Assembly (NCBI GenBank): GCA_030141605.1
Contig: JAQGDQ010002409.1
Coordinates: 8,799 to 72,798, forward strand
Reading direction: 5' to 3'
DNA length: 64,000 nt
Origin: Tubiluchus corallicola
Lineage: Eukaryota > Animalia > Priapulida
The position numbers and the translations under genes were made by a program. Below are positions 56,269 to 64,000 of the stretch, one piece after another. The notes beneath the pieces are model-generated. The model worked only from the letters and a program-made list of their open reading frames with translations, was not told the origin of the DNA and searched no databases. Positions within the stretch are counted from its first letter, which is position 1. Every line of letters starts with the position of its first letter.

Positions 56269-56304
56269 ATTCCAGCTATTTTGCTATTGCAAAATAGCTG
56301 GAAT
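56269..56304. terminator. Perfect 16-bp stem-loop inside the PUL
   Basis: ATTCCAGCTATTTTGC-tatt-GCAAAATAGCTGGAAT between the two GH144 genes; no U-tail on the coding (minus) strand. Confidence 0.55.
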
Positions 56305-56403
56305 TTTAAAAAAACGCATAAGACACTTACTGTCTCAGGTATAGCCTAACCATTCGTAAGGTATTACTACCTATCGCCAATAAGTGAACAAACAAACTCT
56401 TAA

Positions 56404-57723
56404 CTAATCAATTACTTGAAAACCCAGTTTTGTTAGCCCACCTACAACCTCTTCATTCTTCATAAAAGTGTCCCACAATAAACCCGAACGGTAATTCTCT
56501 ATCATTATAACAATAGGCCCTTGGTCAATAGCAAGATATGATTCTGCAAACCAACTCTCCGAAAGATTAAAAGCATCCTTAAAGCCATAATTGCCCCATA
56601 ACTCTTTCCGCAGTTCATAATACAAATACTTTAAAACCTGCATAGAATACTCAGGAGTATAAGGAAAAGAACTTAAAGCAGCCGTTGGGGTAATAACCCC
56701 CAAATCATTATTAGGTTCGTGAGCCGAATATCCCCTATGGTTATCACTTGCAGTGAGTCCCCAACAATTCTCACCATACCCCTTATATCCTTTAGGATTA
56801 TCTATACAATAGGCCCTATTAATTAAAGTATGATTCACATTTTGCTCCCAATAACTCGTATGTTCGTCAGAAACCTTATTAGGGTCTAAACCCAAAAATG
56901 AATAATGAGCAAAGAACAAAGGTCCTCCATAATCAAAACCCAAAGGAAGGTGAATGTCATAAAAACTCTTACCATTAATAAAATGATTAGAAGTCTTCCA
57001 ACCTTCATATACACTTGCAGCAATAGAATCGGTAGGAGACGAAGCAGCAAGCACATAAGTTATTAATGCCTCATTGTAACCTTTAATAGGCATATTCATT
57101 TCCCAACCATAATTCTTAGACCAATGCCAATAGAGTTTGTTTTCACCCCTTGTATAAAAACTCCATTCCACCTCTTCCCACAATTGGGTAATAATTTCAC
57201 GCAACTCTTCCTCTTGAGTATTGTTCGCATCGAAATATTTACGTGCTGTAAGCAAGCCCTGTATCATAAAAGAAGTCTCCACAAGATCGCCCCCGTCATC
57301 TTTATTCGAAAAGGGTATAGTCTTCCCAGTTTCCCCATTCAACCAGTGCGACCACGCCCCGTGGTAACGCTCTGCATTATCACGCAAAAATTTAGTTATC
57401 TTCAATAGTCTTTCAACAGCCTCGCCTCTTGTAATATAGCCCCGCTTTACTCCCACAATAATAACCATAACCCCAAAGCCAGAACCGCCAATAGTAACAA
57501 TATTATTATTACCATTACTCCGCTCCCTTGCTAAGCCCGAAACTGGATGAGCAAAATCCCAAAAATATCTGAACGTTTGACTTTGCACCAAATCTAAAAG
57601 CTCATCGTTAGAAAGGGTATCTACCAATGAGGGAGGAGAAGGGTTTTCTCCTGATTTACTACTCTCATTACAAGATGAAAATAATAAAACAACAACTGCA
57701 AATAAGAAAAAAATATGTTTCAT
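56404..57723 (-). CDS. GH144 (DUF3131/glucoamylase-like) beta-1,2-glucanase lipoprotein
   Basis: Lipobox FSSC, TFRYFWDFAHP, GGSGFG, DDGGDLVET, GYNE, GGPLFFAHYS, WGLTASD and YLAIDQGPI. Confidence 0.9.
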   Translation of the reverse strand: MKHIFFLFAVVVLLFSSCNESSKSGENPSPPSLVDTLSNDELLDLVQSQTFRYFWDFAHPVSGLARERSNGNNNIVTIGGSGFGVMVIIVGVKRGYITRGEAVERLLKITKFLRDNAERYHGAWSHWLNGETGKTIPFSNKDDGGDLVETSFMIQGLLTARKYFDANNTQEEELREIITQLWEEVEWSFYTRGENKLYWHWSKNYGWEMNMPIKGYNEALITYVLAASSPTDSIAASVYEGWKTSNHFINGKSFYDIHLPLGFDYGGPLFFAHYSFLGLDPNKVSDEHTSYWEQNVNHTLINRAYCIDNPKGYKGYGENCWGLTASDNHRGYSAHEPNNDLGVITPTAALSSFPYTPEYSMQVLKYLYYELRKELWGNYGFKDAFNLSESWFAESYLAIDQGPIVIMIENYRSGLLWDTFMKNEEVVGGLTKLGFQVID

Positions 57724-57780
57724 AACTCTTCAAATAATGTATACTATTTTTTATCTAATAATACGTTACCTTAATTATTA

Positions 57781-59259
57781 CTACCAACTGGGGTTTTGCT
57801 CCAATAATCCTGCTGATAATGCAATTTCTTCGGGATGGATAGGGAATAAATTATGCTTTCCTTCTACATAGCCCGAAGGTCCGAGTACGGTAGAGGCTTC
57901 CCCTGTTCTTACAAGGTCAAGAAACCTGTCTTGTTCCATTGCAAGTTCCAATCTTCTTTCCTTTCTTATATCCGATAGTGTGGGAGCGGCAATATCTTCC
58001 AAATTGGCTCTACCTCTAATCTGGTTGATAGGAGTTGCTACATCACCTCCTGTGTAGTGGGCAGCTTCAGCATTCATCAACAATACTTCTGCATATCGCA
58101 TCAATCTTATATTTTGGTCTGCCCCATAAGGACCTTGCTTGCCCGAAGCTACACTTGTAGGCACATAAGCTTTGCCATTGTAACGAGGAATTTCAACTCC
58201 ATCCATATTGTCTATCCCTTCTATAATATCTCCATCATTTGTAACATCGCCTTTCATAAGTATAGTTACTTTTTTTCTTTCTGTATCATTTGCTTCATCA
58301 AAGGCAGCAATAAGGTTATCCGAAGGAGTACCAAATCCCCAACCCCACTGTGCCCTTACTGAGCGTATTTCTGTATATTGGCGACCACTTGCTACACCGT
58401 TAGGGTTGCCATCTACTGCTGTTGATATGGCTTCAAATATAGATTCTTCGTTGTATTCCTGCTCTACTCTAAACAAATCATAAAAATTATCGTGTAGTGC
58501 AAATAACCCACTAGCTATAATTTCATCTGTCAATGTTTTACATTCAGTCCATCTTTTTTGATACATATACACTTTTGCAAGGAATGCTTTGGCTGCCCAT
58601 TGAGTAGCTCTACCCAAATTGGCATTGTCCCATTGGCTTGGTAAATGTTCTTCTGCAAACTTAAAATCGTCTTCAATAAATTCGTAAATTTCTTCTTCGC
58701 TAGCTCTTATTTTTGCTTCTACTCCCACGGGAACTTTTTCTACCTTAGGTACTCCTCCAAAGCACCGCACTAAGGTAAAGTAATGCAAGGCTCTCATAAA
58801 TTTTGCTTGAGCTATCAGCTGGTTTTTAGTATCCTCGTTCATATCTATATTAGGAATGTGAGTAATGGCTTGGTTAGATAAATTAATTGCTTTATATCTA
58901 TTTTTCCACACACCATAAATTTCTCCATTGGTGGAGGTATAAGTAAAGTTCTTAAATTGATTTAATGGGGCGTTATCTCCCGGGTCACTTCCTTTTATAA
59001 CATTATCAGAGGTCAATTCCAACGTTGCTAATGCAGAAAACCCTCCATATATATCCCAATGGCTTAAATAGCCATATACAGAATTGATAGCTGCTTGTGC
59101 ATCTGTTTCTGTTTTAAAAAATTCCTCGCTTACCTTTTCTGCTTCTGGGGGAAAGTCCAAAAAATCTTTATTACAAGATACAATTGTGAGTATTAGTATA
59201 ATTAAACTAATAGTTATATTACCTGCTTTCATTCTATATATAGGGTGTAAAATTTTCAT
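57781..59259 (-). CDS. susD: SusD/RagB glycan-binding lipoprotein
   Basis: Lipobox IVSC, AKFMRALHYF.L, GRAT, RYAEVLL, ERRLELAME and QNP. Confidence 0.93.
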   Translation of the reverse strand: MKILHPIYRMKAGNITISLIILILTIVSCNKDFLDFPPEAEKVSEEFFKTETDAQAAINSVYGYLSHWDIYGGFSALATLELTSDNVIKGSDPGDNAPLNQFKNFTYTSTNGEIYGVWKNRYKAINLSNQAITHIPNIDMNEDTKNQLIAQAKFMRALHYFTLVRCFGGVPKVEKVPVGVEAKIRASEEEIYEFIEDDFKFAEEHLPSQWDNANLGRATQWAAKAFLAKVYMYQKRWTECKTLTDEIIASGLFALHDNFYDLFRVEQEYNEESIFEAISTAVDGNPNGVASGRQYTEIRSVRAQWGWGFGTPSDNLIAAFDEANDTERKKVTILMKGDVTNDGDIIEGIDNMDGVEIPRYNGKAYVPTSVASGKQGPYGADQNIRLMRYAEVLLMNAEAAHYTGGDVATPINQIRGRANLEDIAAPTLSDIRKERRLELAMEQDRFLDLVRTGEASTVLGPSGYVEGKHNLFPIHPEEIALSAGLLEQNPSW

Positions 59260-59271
59260 TATTAATCTATT

Positions 59272-62200
59272 TTAGAAGTTAATGTTTGCACCTATATTAT
59301 AGGTAGTATTCAAAGGATATACATTGGTTCTATCTATACCTCGCTCTAATGCTCTTCCACCTGCTATTTGAGGTGTAAATCCATTGTATTTAAAGAAAGT
59401 AAAAGGATTCTGAACATTAAAATATATCCTGCATTTTCTTATCCTTATTCTATCAATAATGCTTTGTGGCAAAAGATACCCTAGTTGAATACTATTTATA
59501 TTAAGATATGAGCCATCTTCTACGAAAAATGTATTGGGTTCCATATTTCTTCCTCCATTTAAATCAGCTGACGGATAGCTATTAGATGTTCCTTCTCCGT
59601 GCCATCTGTTGTCATAAAAATCTTGATAATAGTTTTCATTACCGTATCTATCCTTCAATTGGGCATTATAAATTTTATTACCTGCCACCCCGTTCACATC
59701 CATTGAAAAATCAAGGTTTTTATAATTTAAAGAAATATTTAGCCCAAATGTAACCTTAGGGATGTAGCTTCCTGCGGATATCCTGTCATTGTCGTCAATT
59801 ACTCCATCTCCATTTTGGTCTTTGTATATAAAGTCTCCAGGGCGTGCATCAGGCATTATTTTGTTTCCGTCTTTCACATAGTTATCTATTTCTTCTTGTG
59901 TTTGAAAAATACCTACTACTTCCAGTACATAAAACTCTCCTATAGGATGCCCTTCTCTCGTATACGTTGCAAGGTTTCCATTAAATACACCACCTGACCA
60001 AACTCCAGTTGTTCCTGTTTTCAGTTTTTTTACTTCATTGTGTATTGTAGTCATATTGCCAGTTATACTGTAACTAAAATCTTTATTTATCTTATCGCTC
60101 CACCCTAATGTTAGCTCTATACCTCTATTTAAAATATCTGCATTATTATCCAAGTAATCTGCACTAGCACCTGCTGCACCCGAAGAAGCAACTCTAAATA
60201 AAGCATCTTTTGTTGTTCGATGGTAATAATCATTGAATATTTAACCTACTGTTCAATACATAAGCATCTAAACCTAAATCAAACTCTTGTATCTTTTCCC
60301 ACTTCAACTCAGGAGGTATAAGCGTAGTTATATTTTCACCTCTACTTACACTAGAAGAGCCATAAGGGCCATATACAACTGAGTAGCGACCACTAGTACT
60401 AGTAGTAAGGGTATATTCATTTTGGGGGATATTGTTATTTCCCAGTATTCCCCAGTTGCCTCTTAGTTTCAGGTAATTCAAAAAAGAAATACTTTGCAAA
60501 AAATCTTCCTTAGTGGCGACCCATCCCAAGCCAACAGAAGGAAATGTTCCCCATCTGTAGTCTTTACTAAATGTAGAAGAGCCATCTGCTCTTAAAGTAG
60601 TAGTTAAAAGATATTTGTCGGAGAATGAATAAAACAAACGACCAAAGTAAGCTTGCCCCCTTATTTTGTGTCCGCCATCATTATTTGTTTGTCCATCTAT
60701 ATCGCCAAATTTTAAATACAGTGAACCTTCGCCATAATCATATACATATTGTCGTTCGGCAGATATGAAATTTCCTTTATTTTCTTGTGCTGTCATCCCT
60801 GCCATTACTTTTACTTTATGAATGCTATTAAAGGTTTTTTCGTAAGTAAGGGTATTGTCCCAAAAATAATTTCTAGAATTTGATTTTGCTTTATATAAAG
60901 TAGGAATAGTGTCGTTTAAATTTGCTGATATGTAATAATAGGGATTATATCTAAAATCGTTAGTATTGCCATACTCTACTCCTAAGCTTGTTCTAAATTT
61001 TAGGGATTTATCCTCCAAAAAACTTAACTCGGCAAATCCATTGCCTACAATACGTAATCCATCGGAGCTGTTATTTTGATTTTCAATGGTCAAAGCGGGG
61101 TTTGCAAACCGCCCTAAACCGTATACACTTGGGTCTATAAAGTTTCCGTCGTCATCTCTTGGAGGTATAACAGAGGGAATTATAAATGCTTGTTTAATAG
61201 CACTATTTGGGGCGTTGTTTTTCTTCCACGGAGAAATATTAACACTATATCCCATCTTAATGTTGCCTCCTACTTTATATTCTGCTGATGCTCTTATATT
61301 AACCCTTTCATAATCACTCTTATCTAAAATACCTTCCTCTTCTAGATAGCCTAAGCCAAAACTGTAAGTAGATTTTTCTGTTCCACCAGTTAATGAGAGG
61401 GTGTGGCTTTGCATTTTAGCAGTTCTAAAAATTTCATCAAACCAGTTGACAGGATTAGGATAATCGTCTGGATTAAGGGTTGTGTTGTTTCCAGAAATTA
61501 CAAACTTTTCATTCAGCAACTCTATATACTCTCTGCCTCCTGTCATTGGGAGTAAATTGCTTACCTGCCTTACTCCAAAATAGCCGGAATATTGTAAGTT
61601 ATTTTCTCCTGCTTTCCCTTTCTTGGTAGTAACAATAATAACTCCATTGGCTGCACGCACACCATAGATAGAAGCAGATGAAGCATCTTTCAATATAGAT
61701 ATACTTTCTATGTCATTAGCTCCTAAAAAGCTAATGTCGCTCATCAATACTCCATCCACTACATACAAAGGGTCTGCACTACCTTCTATGCTACCCTGCC
61801 CTCTCATTCTGATAGTAGGGCTACTACCGGGGTCGCCTGATTGTGTAACGGTAACACCTGCTACCCTTCCTTGCAATGCTTGTGCGGCATTGGACACTGC
61901 AAAATTTTCTATTTCATCCAGCTCTACAGTAGCAATGGGAGCAGTAAGATCTTTTACCTGTGCCGAGCCATAACCAACAGCTACTACTTCTCCTAACATT
62001 ACATTGTCTTGAAAAAGTGTAACATTTATTTTTGTATCATCTCCTACTACAAATTCTTCGGCTTGCATACCTATAAAAGAAAAAACTAAGATTTCTCCTT
62101 TGTTGGCTACAATAGAATAAGCCCCTTCAACATTAGTAATAATCCCTTTTGCTGTCTCTTTTACAGTAACATTAACACCCGGTAAAGGAAGGTCGTCCAC

Positions 62201-62290
62201 ATCCTTTACAATGCCTTCAATCGTAGTAGTTTGTGCTTGTAATATTAAGGGATAAAAAATAAAAGATAGAAAATAAAAGTAGATCCTCAT
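59272..62290 (-). pseudogene. susC: SusC/RagA TonB-dependent transporter with one frameshift
   Basis: PLPGVNV, PLYVVDG, LKDASSASIYGVRAANGVI, RADGSS and LKWE. At about 60232 the frame shifts before DYYHRTTKDALF, and the protein ends ANINF. Confidence 0.9.
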
Positions 62291-62349
62291 ATGCGAGTGG
62301 TTTAAAAAAATTAAAAAACATTTACTTAGTTAAATTGGTTCAGTCGTGC

Positions 62350-62357
62350 CAAATGTA
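62350..62357 (-). promoter_or_regulatory. -7 promoter element for susC
   Basis: TACATTTG on the minus strand about 60 bp upstream of the ATG. Confidence 0.55.
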
Positions 62358-62420
62358 AATGCTGGTTATTTTTTCACAAAAAAATACACCACCACAAAAC
62401 CTCGCATAGAAATTTAATTA

Positions 62421-62442
62421 TTACTTCATTTTTACTTCATTT
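62421..62442 (-). promoter_or_regulatory. 11-bp tandem direct repeat, candidate regulator operator
   Basis: TTACTTCATTT twice (AAATGAAGTAA twice on minus), between the regulator gene and the susC promoter. Confidence 0.45.
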
Positions 62443-62463
62443 ATTTAAATTATTAGGATTTAG

Positions 62464-63999
62464 TTACACTCTTAATATAAAGTTGTTTAAATTTTGCTTA
62501 AAAGTAAGTTTAAGTTTTTTACGTAACCTGTATCTTCTTGTTTCCACACTTCTTATTGTTATATTAAGTAATTGCGCCATATCTTTATTAGATAAATTCA
62601 TTCGTATGAAGGCTGCAAGCTTTAAGTCATTTGAAGTAATTCCCGGATATTGTTTTGCTAATTTTTTAATAAACAATTCGTGTATCTGATTAAAGTTTTG
62701 TTCGAATACTCCTGTTATTTCTTTTTCTTTTAGATTTTTTTCTATTATTTTTTCTATTTCATTTATTGTTTTTTGTACTTCATTCTTTTTTTTCAATTTA
62801 TCTTTCACTAGTAGAAGTCTTTCATCTCTTTTGGTTAGTACAATTGAAATATCTGCAAGTTTTTTACTTTTATTCTTCAATTCTTCCTTTAATTTATGTA
62901 GTAAGATGTCTGATTTTTGTGATTTTATTATATTTCTAAATACTTTATTTATAATTTTTCTATTTCTATGTAGAAATAGAAAAATTTTACTAAGTAGTAG
63001 AGTTCCAAGAGTTATTGTAGTTTTTCTTAAGTACCAAGGCTTTAAAATATCAATTTTAAACTTCAATTCTTCATTACCTATATTTGTCCTTACATTAAGA
63101 ATATATTCTCCTTTACTTAGATTTGGCAATTCTACAAAATTTTGTTTAGTAGAAACAGACCATATGCTTGTATCATCTTTTCTATGTAATGAATACTTAT
63201 AATATACATTCCCAGAATAAAAAGGATACTCAAAATAAAGCATAAGTTTATCTGAACTCTCAATAGAATATTCTTTTTTATTAAATAAACGCTCAGTACT
63301 ATTATCAGAGTAGGTAACGTTTGCTCTTTGCAAGCTTAATAGTTCTTTTATATCTTTATTTCTTTCATTATTAATATCCAAATAAACATATCCATTAGTT
63401 GTCCCTAAAATGAATTCAAAATCAGAAATCTGATAAATGTTTTCATAGTCGTCCGTTAGCCTATCAATAATAGAATTGTTTATATGGTAAATTTTATTGT
63501 TATCCTTATTATTAATTATGGCCATGTTTTCTTTTCCTTTCCACAAGGTCGATTCTGTATTGTTTGCTTTAACAACTTTTACTGGATAACCTAAGTCCTT
63601 ATTAACAACAGGATTGTTGTATACCAATAAAGTATCTTGGTTATCAATGAACTTGTATTGATACAAACCCAAATTAGAGGAAACCAAAATATCATCACCT
63701 GCTTCGGAGATATAAAAGTTAGATAGGTTTAATTTTTCTTTTAAAAAACTTTTGTCTTCATCTAAGATGTTATTAAAGTCTCTAGAGAATACACATTTGG
63801 AATATCCATCATACAAATATTCAATGACGAAGGTGCTGTCATTCACCTGAAAAAAGTTTTTTATCGGAGCATTTATATCTTCTATATGTTGTAAATAAAC
63901 TATATTATCATTTACTTTTTTATATAAGTGCAAGCCCGTATAAGAAGCTTGTATATAAATACTTGTATCTTGTTTTAAGTTCTTCATAACGAATCCTCC
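62464..63999 (-). CDS. Membrane-anchored sensor/LuxR-type PUL regulator (Y_Y_Y domain), 5' end outside window
   Basis: Beta-propeller-like periplasmic part, YYKYSL...NLSKGEY, PWY plus TM helix, coiled coil and HTH (DLKLAAFIRMNLS...RSVETRRYRLRKKL); frame stays open to the window end. Confidence 0.88.
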   Translation of the reverse strand, partial: GGFVMKNLKQDTSIYIQASYTGLHLYKKVNDNIVYLQHIEDINAPIKNFFQVNDSTFVIEYLYDGYSKCVFSRDFNNILDEDKSFLKEKLNLSNFYISEAGDDILVSSNLGLYQYKFIDNQDTLLVYNNPVVNKDLGYPVKVVKANNTESTLWKGKENMAIINNKDNNKIYHINNSIIDRLTDDYENIYQISDFEFILGTTNGYVYLDINNERNKDIKELLSLQRANVTYSDNSTERLFNKKEYSIESSDKLMLYFEYPFYSGNVYYKYSLHRKDDTSIWSVSTKQNFVELPNLSKGEYILNVRTNIGNEELKFKIDILKPWYLRKTTITLGTLLLSKIFLFLHRNRKIINKVFRNIIKSQKSDILLHKLKEELKNKSKKLADISIVLTKRDERLLLVKDKLKKKNEVQKTINEIEKIIEKNLKEKEITGVFEQNFNQIHELFIKKLAKQYPGITSNDLKLAAFIRMNLSNKDMAQLLNITIRSVETRRYRLRKKLKLTFKQNLNNFILRV

Positions 64000-64000
64000 C

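Noticed and set aside
60228-60236. Selenocysteine or stop read-through at the TGA in susC
   Set aside because: The downstream coding sequence is in a different frame, so this is a frameshift and not recoding.

Overview
This is an AT-rich Bacteroidota chromosome segment, probably from a Bacteroidales/Marinilabiliales-like organism, with TAnnTTTG promoters throughout. The left end (1-9.8 kb) is the tail of a sulfated-glycan utilisation locus: a GH2 beta-mannosidase, four Cys-type sulfatases and an uncharacterised secreted ~680-aa protein. The middle is mostly housekeeping: ruvC, hemH, thiSG, ligA, folE, znuAC, DUF4105/Lnb-like, gyrA, men genes, metYX, yebC, purF, clpC, dnaQ-like, hemAE, AsmA and dnaB. 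It also holds a XerCD dif site at 19728-19755 and a decaying galactofuranose glycosylation cassette. The right end (52.6-64 kb) is a beta-1,2-glucan-type PUL (LuxR/Y_Y_Y regulator, SusC, SusD, two GH144, GH3). Four things stand out: (i) two full-length, frame-intact enzyme homologues (homoserine dehydrogenase, FAH family) whose catalytic motifs appear systematically erased, i.e. candidate pseudoenzymes; (ii) frameshifts and deletions confined to accessory genes, including a G8 tract in glf and an apparent 1-bp deletion fusing GH144 to GH3; (iii) the unknown protein among the sulfatases; (iv) mosaic strand-composition polarity around the dif site. I saw no rRNA, tRNA, CRISPR array or transposase. 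All family calls come from motif recognition, not database searches.
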